A stretch of 62,924 nt of DNA from Spirogloea muscicola (Eukaryota), in contig WELB01000026.1 in NCBI GenBank assembly GCA_009602725.1, positions 729,677-792,600 on the forward strand, written 5' to 3'. Under the pieces are notes generated by a model. That model saw only the letters and a program-made list of their open reading frames with translations, searched no databases and was not told the origin of the DNA. Shown one piece after another: positions 26,890 through 38,600 of the stretch. The position numbers were made by a program, and so were the translations under genes. Each line of letters opens with the position of its first letter. The first letter of the stretch is position 1.

Positions 26890-29800
26890 CTACTGCCCTC
26901 TCCGGAGCTTCCAGTCCAGTATCATGCTCCGCAGCGCATAGTTGGGCATAAGCGTTTTGTGCGGCAGCTCACAATTCGTCATGGGCGACGTATCATTGCT
27001 GCTCAGCCACGTGGCAATGGCCACGCGCTCGTACGTGTGCCCATCAGCCGCGAGCACAGGATCTTCCATCACGTCCTGGGAGCACGGGCACAATTCTCCA
27101 TTAAATTCACCAAATTGTGTGCAGTATTTGCTTTGAGCCTAATGCCAAGGTCCCAGATTCACATTCAGAAGCTGTCGCTAGTAATAACCCAGTCATGCCA
27201 GATCAACATCTCGTCACCCATAATTACACGATGCAGGTTACCAGTCATTTTTCCAACACCTAAGCAGCAATTTCCAGAGGTCAAGCCTGAGGAAGTCTCG
27301 AAACGTTGCCCCTTACCTGCGTGATAGGGCACAAGAAGTATGCATTGAAACTGCTGGCAAGCGGGAAAGTGCGCTGGGCAGGCGCCTCCCTATCAGCGGC
27401 TTCCTTGGCAGTCGTGCGGAGGGCGTCGAGGCGAGCCATGACGATTGCAAGCTCTGGACGGTCCTTGCGCCGCATCGTCACACACTCAAGCGCAAGAAGA
27501 GCCAGCTCCAGCGCAACATTGCGGGGCCACTTGCCACTCGCCGGGTCCAGGACGCTCTCCAGATTGTCCCTCTGTACCGCGTCTTCCACCTTGTCCATGA
27601 TCTGACCCACATGTGCAGCAGCAACTGTCATCTCTCGGCCAACGGAGAATCAATGACCCAATTCACCATTCACACTTGGGGCACGTATGGACTAAGTCTT
27701 CCAGACCACATCAAACGGACTTAACACGTGGAACGATCTTAGACTGAACAAAGGTCTCAATAAGCAACCTGGACTTTCCCGGTGAGCAGCTGGAGAAGCA
27801 CAATTCCGAGGCTGTAGACATCAGACTTGGTGCCCCACCGGCCCGTCATATAGAACTCGGGGTCCACGTATGCAAGCGTGCCGACCGCACGGGTCTGTGT
27901 CACGTGCGTCCGCATTGTCAGCTGGCCAGTGATGCCCGGCATGAGCTCCGCCATGCCCACATCCTGCAACAACCAAAATTGGGGCCTCCAATCAGCATCA
28001 GCACCAATGAAGAGATGGGCATCCACATGGGCTTGATCAAGCAGAGCATAAGACAATATGATTGTCGGCAATTCCTCCAAAGACAGGCTCACCGCAAGCT
28101 TCCCCACGAAGTTTTGATCCAGCAAAATGTTTGCTGCCTTCAGGTCTCTGTGGACGATGGGCGGAGTGTTGCTGTGAAGGACGCCAAGCGCTGACGTGAC
28201 CTGGCGGCATGTGCAACCCACCAAAGTCTTGTAAGCATTGACGTCAACAAAGCACTCTGAGGTTATTTCTGCAAGGTCATCTTGACATGCCTACATGCTG
28301 GAGCTAGAATCAGTGACTTCGCCAGCTTTTGCAATGGCAGATGTAAATGACCACCAGACATGCTTTTACACCAGGGCTTTAGGGAGGCCATAGTTGTCAC
28401 GCTCTGTGACCACAGGACGGAAGAGGAAGTAAGTGATCGAAGCACATCTGTTCTCATACCTCTGCTGCGACACGTATCCGGGTGTACCATGGCAGGGCTG
28501 CCTGACCAGTCAGGTGCTCTTCCAGATTCCCATTGGCGCAATAGTCATAGACTATAGCAAAATGGCACGGGCCATCGTCTGTGACTTCGACGCAGCAGCC
28601 CAGAAGCATGACCAGATGTGGGTGCTGTATGCGCCCCAGCAGCTCCACCTGACAGACTCGACAGTGACCGTCAGTCGGCTTTGACATAGTAAGTGAGACG
28701 GTCCACTGTCCGATACAAAATAGTGGAAGTGGGAAGCTGTAAGAGTCACTACCAAAGGCGCCACATGATGTTAAGAAGTACCTCATGTTGAAACTCAGAC
28801 CTTCCCTCGATAGCGTCTGTGCTCTTGAGGACCTTGATGGCAACATCTGTATGGTGCAGCCTGCCTCGGAATACCCAGCCATACCCGCCCTCGCCAACCT
28901 TGTGCTCCTCGCTGAAATTGTCTGTAGCAGCCTGGAAATGATCAGGCACTTGGGGCTCAGGCTTCTCTGCTGGAGAAGTCAAAGTGCTCATTGCTTATGC
29001 TATGGAAAGATAAGATAAGGAAGCGCTTGTGCCCTGGTCATCCCAAGCTTCATATCGTAAGGCTGATATGTCAAGCACCTGGAGCTCCTCCCACGTGTAC
29101 GTGCGGTACTGCCTTTGCTGGGAGTTGAGGAGCTCCTGCCGGGTGTTCTGCGCGAGCGCTTCAGCTTCCTCCCGCAGCTTCGCCTGGCTCTCAGCCAGCG
29201 TCTGTGCGGCCCGCGCAGCCGCCATGGCTTCCATGCGCAGCCGGCTCTCCTCCTCGGCCAGCCGCCGCGCTTCCTCCGCAGCCTGCGTCGCCTCCTTGGA
29301 ACGCTCCATGGCTGCTGCAATCTGGTCTTCCTGGGTCTTGGCCTGCACAATGAGGCCAGAGATGCCAAGTACTCTGAGCTGTCCCAAAGGGCTGTTATGT
29401 CGTTGAGAAGCAATTGACTCTCTTAAGAGGATGCACGAGAGCATCTCTCATGCTTGGTCCAGATAGCTCATGATATGTATCATCCTAGCAAGGCACGTTG
29501 TTGAAGAAGTCATTCATCACTGAGAGGATGGTGGAGGAGATATGGAGCTGCTGTACCAGCACTTGCGCACACTCGGCCGCCTCCTCTGCGCGCCGCCGGT
29601 GCTCCATTTGCTCAAGAGCCTCCTGACGGAGCTTGTTAGCTTCCAGCTCTGCCTGCGCTGCACGGGCGAGCGCCCTGTCCATCTCCTGCTTCTGATGAAG
29701 CCATGAAAAGGATTGGTGCCCTTCAGCGGCCGCAAACAACTTGCTGTTATATAAATTGGTTTTGAGTCCATTGACACACTTCATGGATCTATTGAAGACC

Positions 29801-31765
29801 ATTGTTGGATTGAAGGCATACCTGCTGAGAGTAGTAGGACTGGACTTGTGCCCAGAGGGAGTCTTCTGAGCCTAGCCCCGCATCTGGGTGGCTCAATGGG
29901 GGATGGCTCAACAGGGGTGTTGGGGTCGGAGTGACCATTCGCAACGGCAACAGGGCGGGCTCCGGAGTGCAGTGTGCCTGGAATGCACTGGGTGGTGTTG
30001 AGCTTGCCGTTGAGCTGGCTGTAAGATCATGGAGGCTTGGCAGAGGGCTGTACAGACCCATAAGCGATGGGGACTCAGAGGGAGCTTGCACACGCAGCTG
30101 CTGCAGTCTTTCAGCCTCAGTGGAGAAGCCTTGATACACTGGCGGAGCAGTGGGCTGGCGGTCTGAGAGCTCCGCCGTGGACCCAAGCGACGAGCTGCTG
30201 CTGTGGAGCAGCCCTGCGTCAGGCTTCGCCGGCAGGTCCTGCCCGTAGTGCAGGGTGTTGATGACAGGGTACAAGCTCCCCAGTGGCGAGTTTGCCGGCG
30301 GTGCGTTGCATCTATGCAACGCTCCAGGGGTCACAGGAGGACCCCTACCAGGTGACGACGTATTGAAGTCCAAGGAGGAGCTAAACTCGCCAACAAATGA
30401 ACCTGTACAGACGCAGCACACAACGTACAGAGCACCAGCATTTCACCGTCATCCAGGAATGAAGTCAAGGAATGCTCCATGAATAGCACTGTGCTTCTAT
30501 CACATAAGAAGCGCCGAGCTGTTCTTGCTGCGTGCTGACGATGTAACCAGCTATGTCGCACCTGGCAGGGACACCTCAGACATGACAGAGGACGTCCGTG
30601 ATACTGTTGGGCTGCCCAAAGTGTTGCTATTGGATGGTGTTGGGCTGCTGGCTGTGGACGAGTCTTCTAGCTCCGCCAACATTGAAGCAGAGTCCGCGAG
30701 CGATGGCAGTTCCTGCACGGCACGCCCGCCCTGGATGGCGTACAAGCAGCAGGTCTCTGGCCGGTGCAGCCCACAGTACGCCACTGTTGCTCCGTGCCTG
30801 CCATGTGTGCAAACCCCAGCCGCCATTGAGTAACAATTGCAACACGACAAGGCTACTCTGTGAATGGAAGTGCCAACAAAGCTGCTTATCAGGACCATGT
30901 GCAGGACTTCAAGTGTGCAGGCACGGCGGGGATCTGCACTGGCTCTGGACTTGCTTGGCCGCGCGTAGCAAGATGGTCAGGCTGGGGTTTGACCTTTTGA
31001 ACATCGTGGATTGCTTAGCAACCATGACGAGGCGCGTGGCACCCAGCTGCCTGGCCTCCGCCACGATGCCCTTGGCGCGAGTCTCGGTGCATACAGGCCT
31101 CAGCTCCACGGGGATCTGCAGACGAGCACGGAAGACGCGGACGGGCGCCTCAGAAGCGCCATGGGAGAGATGCGGCCAGGTCGTCTTTGCACGCGAGGCC
31201 ACTGTCAGCGGTTGTATTGCGCACAACCATGCAGCGTTTAGGAGAGGGGGCGGCGCTGGTGACGTGTGCACCTGCACGGCATTAAAGTCGGCACGATACT
31301 TGAGCAGCATTGGCGCGACGATGGAGGTGAGGTGCCCGGCAAGCTGCATCTTGTTGGCGCCGGCCACGGGGCGGTTGGCTCCCACTGTGAGCAGCGCTAC
31401 TATATTGTCAGCAGCTGCAGATGGTCACGGCCTTGCTATCGACCTCTCAATAATTTCTCGAATATGATGACGGAAATGTGGGCCAGTGGCAGATGGCAAT
31501 GTAACGAAGAAATCGAATCATCGATAGACGGCAGCCGCCAGTCGGGGAGGCTGCAAAGAGGCGGCAATATGCGCTGCAGAAGAGTGCGAGAGCGGGCGCT
31601 AGGCCTCTCACAGATGTTGATCTTGGTGACGGCGTGGACGAGGAAGACCTTGTCGCCGCGGTCGTGGCGGTAGAGCCCCGCGCGCTGGAGCCACAGCGCG
31701 GCCTCCCGGGACGACGCGCGGTCGCTGCCGACGGCCACCGCAATCACCTCGCGCGGCTGCACCAT
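26890..31765 (-). CDS. UspA-like domain / coiled coil / Ser-Thr kinase / U-box protein (PUB33/35-like class), copy 2, apparently intact
   Basis: Starts MVQPREVIAVAVGSDRASSREAALWL..DKVFLVHA. Kinase YRTYTWEELQ|AATDNFSEEHKVGEGGYGWVFRG, HRDLKAANILLD, DVGMA, GTLAYVDPEF. U-box YFLCPITQ|DVMEDPVLAADGHTYERVAIATWL..SPMTNCELPHKTLMPNYALRSMILDW. Intron positions match copy 1. Confidence 0.93.
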
Positions 31766-32117
31766 CGCTCAGGACGATGGCCCCTGACAGGTGATGCGCA
31801 GCTTGCGACTGCGGCCGCCGTCAGCCGAGACGGCGCGGCGCCGGCGCCTCGACGCGGCGCGCGCCCTCGCGGCGGCGCGGCGGCGGCCGAGGCAGCGATG
31901 GCGGACGCGAGCTCGGGGCGGCGAGCGCGCCGTGAGACGGGAAGGTGGGGAGAAAGTAAGCCCCCCGTGGGGGGGGGAGCGCCGATAACCGCCGCCGCCC
32001 CATTTTACCGCCCGCTAATGGTACTCGGTTAGCGACGCCGCACTTTCACGCGCCGCTTCTACCGCTGCTACCACCACGTTCGGCGTCGCCAAGCCCCCAC
32101 TGGGAACGGCCGGGATG

Positions 32118-32176
32118 TGGGCCCGTCGGGTGGCCCCCGCAGTCTTAACGGGACCCTAAACCCTATACCCTAAACC
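32118..32176. promoter_or_regulatory. Possible site II (TGGGCC) plus telo-box-like array upstream of U-box kinase copy 2
   Basis: TGGGCCC at 32118 and ACCCTAAACCCTATACCCTAAACC at 32153-32176, about 350-410 bp upstream of ATG 31765. Motif match only. Confidence 0.3.
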
Positions 32177-32329
32177 ACCTATGACGCATTTCCATTCTGC
32201 CCCGCCCGGCTGGGAAGGGAATCTCCCGGCGCCGACCTGGCGGTCGCCGGCCGGACAACGGGTCAACGCACGGTCTTCCCCACTGGGCCCCGACCCGTCG
32301 GGCAGCTTTCGGGCAAACTTCGCTTGCAC

Positions 32330-34750
32330 TTCCCGCCAGAATCTCGCGCCGGGGGCCCGCTGCGGACTCGGCAGCCGCAGGCCTGAGAAAGTAGATTCCG
32401 GGTAGCGGCTGCTCAACAGCGGGTCTTCGTACTTCCCCTGGCCCATTCTCGTCCTTTGTTCATTCTTTTCTGGGCTGGCTTTTTCCAGCCCCTATCCTCA
32501 ATGGGCGAGCCCTTCTCTCTCGTTCAGCAGCCAGTGGTCACCGGAGTCGCTGCGTGCTTCAGCGTTTCGCAGCTCCAATCCGGGGCTTTCTGCCTAGTGG
32601 GCTGGCCACGCTGTGGCGACAGCCGGTTGCTGCAAGGCGGCCAAACAGGCTGATCACCCGGCTGGGGACGAGTTCGTACCCCTGGCCGTGGATGTACACG
32701 GGGCTCTCGGGTCCCAGTGGCTCGACCTCCTGGCCAAGCTTGCGTGGCCCGCTGTGTCCCGCAGGCGGCATTGAAGCCGGCTGACTTCAATGCCGCTGGC
32801 TCGTGGGCCCAAGTCTATCGCATGCGGTTCTCAGTCTCCTTTCAGCGGTCCATAGCACACGCCTTGCAACTGCGTGCTGGCCGGGATCTCGCTGCAGCCT
32901 CTGGCTTTCGCCAGGGGGATTGTATTCCGGCAGCTAGTCTGTCGGAGTTGAGGCTCCTCACTCGTAGCTACTGAGTGGTCCATCCTCAACCCGTTCTGCC
33001 GTAGCGCTTCAGGCCCCTCCGTCATCTGGCCCCTTCGAACCTTTGTCAATTCTTTTCGGGCTGGCTTTCCCCAGCCCTTGCCCTAATTGGGAGAGCCACT
33101 TCTCTTGACCCTTCGAAATGTATTCATTCTCATTTTTGGGCTGGCCAATTACAGCCATCGCCCTCGACTTTTCTACTTTCTCCTAAAAGGTGGGGTGCGT
33201 CGTGGAAAGAAGTGGGCAGCAGCTAATCCAGAAGGAGCGTGGGCTGTGGAAGCCACCCCACAAGAACGAGAAACAAGGTCAAAAGCAGCCGGAAAAGAGA
33301 GCTCGTTCAAAAGAGGCGAGGGCTGTGAAAAGCTGCCCAAGGAGAGACGGAAAAAAACAGAAGGGCTCGCCCATTGAGGATAGGGGCTGGAAAAAGCCAG
33401 CCCAGAAAGGAATGAACAAAGGACGAGAAGGGGCCAGGGGAAGTACGAAGAACAACAAGGCATAGAAAAGAAACGAAGCAGCTACGAAGCACTCAGTAAC
33501 CCCTGCTAAGCAGCCTCAGGTCAGAGAGACTGGGTTCCTGGAAGCGGGTCCCCTGGCCAGAGCCAGAGGCAGCAGCGAGGGCTCTGCCTGCACGCAGGTG
33601 CAGCGCGCGGGCCATAGACCTATGCAGCGAGACGGCCAAGCGCATGCGGTACACCTGCGCTAGCGACGCTGCTGCATGGGAGTCCACCGGCTCCCCATGG
33701 AAGCGGTGGACAATGGCGTGACGTGAGAGCTGGTTGAGCAGCTCGAGCCACCGAGCGCCCAGCGCCCCGTAGGTATCGATGGCGAGCGGGAAGAACTCGT
33801 CTTCCGGCGGGTGATCTGCGTATGTTTTCATCACAGCACTGTAATGAATGCAGTGCTGTGCCATCAGCTTCTTGGCCCGAGCGAGAAAAAAGGTCCGAAG
33901 GGGCCGGACATTACTGGAGCACCCACTGGCAGCTCGACCAACACTTCAGAAGGACCAGGTCCAAAGGGGCCGGAGAGTGCTAAATACACAAAAATTGAAG
34001 TATCAGGATGGTAACTTAGTAGTCCCAAGTAAGCAGCCGCAAATTCAAAAAGAGTGTTCGGAAAGCACCTAGAGCTCAGCTCGCCTCGATGCTTTACCGA
34101 CCTCCGAGGCTGGTCTCTTTCAGCCACCGTCATCCTTGGAGGAGTGCATCTGTCCAGGAGCTCATGTGGCTTGACTTCCCTCTCGCCCGATGTGTTAGCA
34201 CGAAGGTGGAACATTTCGCCAAGCAGAGTAGGAGAGGGCCCCCTCTATGTACGGCAACGGCTGCCGAGTGGCTAGCCAAGAGCAGGTACCACTAAGGTCC
34301 ACCATCAGGCTCAAAGGATGATTGCCCAATGCGAGGAGAAATGGCACCAGTCAGCCGGAGAGGTCCCCCGTTCACAAAAATTCCTGCAGCAACGGGCTCA
34401 GCTGGCCCTTTTAGTCGCTCGAGCCCACAGAGGCTGCAGTCCACTTACTACGGGCCCTCCAGTATCGCTCCAACGATCCATAGCACGCGCGTTGCATCTG
34501 CGAGCTGGTTGCTCTTTTGCTGCAGCCTCTGGCTCTGGCCAGGGGACAAGCTACCCGGGGACTAGTTTCTCTGACCTAAGGCTGCTCAACAGCAGGATAT
34601 TGAGCACCCAGTGGCCATTGAGGCGATGTGGTTTTCAACGCTTTTCTGGTCCTTTTTCGAAATTTGTTCGTTCTTTCTCTGGGCTGGCCAATCCCAGCCA
34701 TCGCCCTCTACTGGAAGAGTGTTTCTCCCTAGGAAATTCGTTCATTCTTT
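32330..34750. mobile_element. Cluster 3 of CRE-like non-LTR retrotransposon 3' fragments
   Basis: A + copy at ~32530-33105 (ADHPAGDEFVPLAVDVHGALGSQWLDLL, QVYRMRFSVSFQRS, ASLSELRLLTRSY). A - copy at 33360-33882 nearly identical to 23765-24247. A + copy at ~34330-34740 (VSLQRSIARALHLRAG..FSDLRLL). An isolated 3'UTR at 32424-32520. Confidence 0.85.
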
Positions 34751-35168
34751 TTACTTTCAAGTGGAGAAGTCATACTAAGAGTGCTCATCCTCCCTGACAC
34801 AGCTGGTTGTCTATTGGGGATTGCCTTTCATTGTTCTCTGCTTCTCTGTGGGAAGCAAGGACAGCCAGTGTCAAGTCTGGGCTTGTTGTCCTGTGTGATC
34901 TCTCACCAAATAAAGTCTCCTCTATCACCTTTCACAAATCAAGTTGCTTCACTTCTGGGCTGGATGTCCTAGCTCTCGTTCCACCCCTTATCACAGCTGG
35001 CTCTTTCCACTGTCCCCGTGAAGAAGCCACTCCCTCCTCTTTCTTGTAAGTGCACGAAGTGACTTTGCCACTATGATTTAGATTGATTAAGATTATGTCT
35101 AAATCAGAAGTATGCATAAGTGCTACCCCAGATTTTTGTGTCCCCAATGTCAGTATGATGCACCTTCT

Positions 35169-35240
35169 TTTGACTTTGAGCTTTGAGCTTTGAACTGTGA
35201 GCTTTGAGCTTTGAGCTTTGAGCTTTAGGCTTTGAGCTTT
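35169..35240. repeat. (TTTGAGC)n heptamer tandem array, about 10 units
   Basis: TTTGAC TTTGAGC TTTGAGC TTTGAAC TGTGAGC TTTGAGC TTTGAGC TTTGAGC TTTAGGC TTTGAGC, read directly. Confidence 0.9.
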
Positions 35241-35670
35241 CTTAGGAGCAGAATGCAACTATTCTTTTCTTTACCTTGTCGACGTTGGGATGTCAGGTAG
35301 TGGTTGCCGATAGCTTATTTGTCCATTTATCTTTGTCACTTGTTTTGGCTTCTCAAGATTTGCAACCTCAAAGAGAGTCTATGATTATTGGCGATTGGTC
35401 AGTCAACCTTGGGCTTGGCGTGAACCGTCATGTATGTACCTGGCAAGGTCAAATGGTATGTACATACCTGGTTGCTGCGAATCTGTCAAGGACTCACAGG
35501 CATGTGAGGTTCCAAGTATGGATGTAGATGTAGTGGGACACTCATGACCAGATTCTCCGTCATTACAAATATATATAAAACGTCCCGCTGCACCCATTGA
35601 TATTTCAAAACTTTTGCTGATGAGAGAGACTTACCCCTTGCGAAAAGACCGGAAAGTGTGTTCTGGGCCG

Positions 35671-38600
35671 TCAAGGTGGCACTCGGAACTCTCTCTCATC
35701 TGCTCTGCGGTAGAGAATGGCAGAGGCCTCTATCCTGAAACAGCAGCCAAAATGTCTTTCATGAGCGCGTGCTTTTTGATGGCTCATGCTGCTGCCCATC
35801 AAATGGACAGAAGTGCCCATCAAGTCCATCAAGTCCCTCAGCAAGTACTCAGCGAGCAAACGGGAGAAACTACTTGAATGTAATCCACAAACATACATTT
35901 GTAACTTATCATATCCAAATTGGGAAGGGAAGATCACCAGGCTGGCCGGACAACGAATTTGCCAGTGGCTAGGGCCCAGCGCACCTGCCACAAACTCGAG
36001 TTAGAGGATCATACATGCATACATGTAGCCTCTCCAAAGGGGCCAAATAAGCCAGTCAAATGTGTATTCCAGCAGTGAGATGCAACTTGCTTGGTTAGCA
36101 ATATGCAGATATTAAACCCTGGTTACCTTCTCCGTGCCAAGCGAGTTGGCCACCACGTGAGTGACCCTATCGTCCTGCTCAGTGGTACACACTGCCCCGA
36201 ATTGTTCGGCAATGCGCCAGACTGCATGCATGTGGGGACTTGCATCGCCAACCTGGAAACCGTTTAGCCACTCAATCACTCATAAACTCAGGCATCGACC
36301 AAGCAAGCAGGCAAGTATGGCTTGAGTCAGGCAGTCTGCCTCAGCCAGGATCTGCACGCAAGGGTTGTGACGGTCGACATTTTCCATAGCTAAGCCGGCT
36401 GCTCCAATGTGCTCTTAGCTCACGGGACTGACGGGAAACACGCGGGAGAAGAGGAGACGGGTGCCTCCCAGCACCGCCCGCTGCACCAGAGCCAGGAGGC
36501 TGCGGACATCGGCATCGTTGACGTGCGAGGGGTCAGCAAAGAAGGACCAATGGATCCTCTCCAGCACCTGCACCATGCAGAAGATGTCCAATCACTATGC
36601 ATGGCCCAGCGAACGTGACCCCAGCATATGTCTTATGTTGCACTGCTCTTTCTGGTATTTCTGCCTTCTGTGCCTTGTAAGTTGAGGGATGAAGGTGAGT
36701 ACAGAGAGGGTGATTGCGAGGCAGCTGTCGGCCTCACGCTCGTCGTGGCCCAGCTCCAGGAGGGAGGGGCCCCACAGTCCAAATTGCCGCCGGCTAGATG
36801 GGAAGAAAATGTACCTGCTATCCACAAAGAAGCATCAGCCTTCCATGTGGCTGGTTGCATACTCCAAAAGGAAGACCCACAGTAGACCCACAGTTCCACA
36901 TCCGTGAGATGCATGCAGAGTTATGCCATAGGGCTGTAGTCATGATCAATTACATGCCGTCTGCCCAGGTCATGGCGTCTGGGACTGAGAGGTGAATGTA
37001 CAAGTAAAGCGATTGAGCAATGGGTCCACAGATTTGGCTTGAAGCTGCTCTGCACCCCACCTTTCAACAACAATAAGATTCAGGGCGTGGTGAGGCCACA
37101 TGCGCGCTGAGTCGTCTACAATAAGCACCGCGGACTCCATACCCAGGACACCATCCAGGTCCTTGCTCTTCTGCTGGCTAGGCCGACTCTCCAGCTCCAT
37201 CTCGCCCTCGTTGTTGACATTGTCTTGGGCCGTGTCGCCCTCGACACTGTCGCCTTTGGAGATGATTCGCCCGGCAAAGAGCTCCCCTGTCGGGTCCAAG
37301 AGCCTCGCCATCTCCGTTGCATATGCACGATTGCCCATTGTGTACACGTGCAGCTCATACAGCTGGCTTGCCTGCGCAGTTGAGCAGGTAATTGATTGAG
37401 AGAAGCGTAGCTGACTCGCAGTCATAGAAATAAGATAGAGATGTTCTTCCAAGGGAAAAGCGGCTCTGAAAGGCAAGCTAAGAGGCTCTGAAAGGCAAGC
37501 CAAGAGGAATATACCAGGTCCAAAGGGGCTGGTACATTCCAACAAAAACACGTACGCACTACGCAAGTGGCTACTCCAAATGGGTGCTGAATGATCCCTA
37601 GCGAGTCGGGAATTTGGAGTAGCTAGCAGCACAGGATAGGACCAGTATTGCCACCTAGACAAGACTTACTCTGATGAGGAAACGCCAAATGCCCGGCCGC
37701 AGCTTGGTCCACATCGCAATGTGCGTGAAGCTGTGAAGCTCTCGCTTTCGCCCCAACTGCAGCCTACCCGCGCTCTCGATTGCCCTGAGCTTCTGGTCCC
37801 ATGCCAGCTCGATCTCTCCAAACTGCAGTTAAGAATACTGCAGTTAAGAATACTCTAATACAATACTAAGACAACTGAAAGGCAGGCCAATGACCCGAAC
37901 TCCCCATTCAAGGGTCTAGTGTGGAACTCAAATTTCCGAATGTACATCAGGGAGTGCACACATCAGCTTCCAGACATTAAAGCTCCAATGCTCACCTTGG
38001 CAGAGTTGAGCAGGGTGTGGTCCAAATCAAGCACAAGCACAAGCTTGCCACGGCCCAGGATGCTGGCCTGCTCCTTCAGCCGCCGCTGCCTCTCCTTGCC
38101 AAGAGCAGCCTCGTTTGTTGCCGTGATCGCGTCAGCCGTGCCTGGCACCGCATCAGTTCAGCATCCGTAACCCTGAGCTCCCAGGACTCTAAGTTGAGAG
38201 GGAGCAGTGCAAGCTGGATCAAAGAATGGTCATGCATCAGTCCAATGTCGCAGCACAATCCCAAAGTGCAGCACTTTAGGATGTCCAGCCCATACCTGCG
38301 TCCTGCGGTTGAGCCTCGTTGTGGCCCGCCGGCATGCCCATATGGTCGTGTGACAAACTAGCTTCAGCCATGGAGCTGGAGCTGGCAGCCACAAATCCCT
38401 CGGCAGGAGCATGCAGTGATACAGCATCGCCTGGGCGTCCAGAGTCGGCCGGCCCTGCGCTGCGAGACGCCGAGGTGCGTACACCCACCTCCACCAACTC
38501 AGGCGGCACAAGGATGGGGCTGCTCGGCCTCGGCGGCACCAATGGGGATTTGCTCTTGAGCTGATTGTCAGGCTGAAGGGCCTTCCGCATCGCAAGCCGG

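Noticed and set aside
32153..32450. Telomere-repeat targeting (MoTeR-like) by the CRE-like elements
   Set aside because: The CCCTAAA array is more than 150 bp from the nearest fragment, and no element junction lies in telomeric repeats.
37823..37852. U12-type intron suggested by a TTCTTAAC branch-like motif
   Set aside because: The donor is GTGAGC (U2 type), not RTATCCT.
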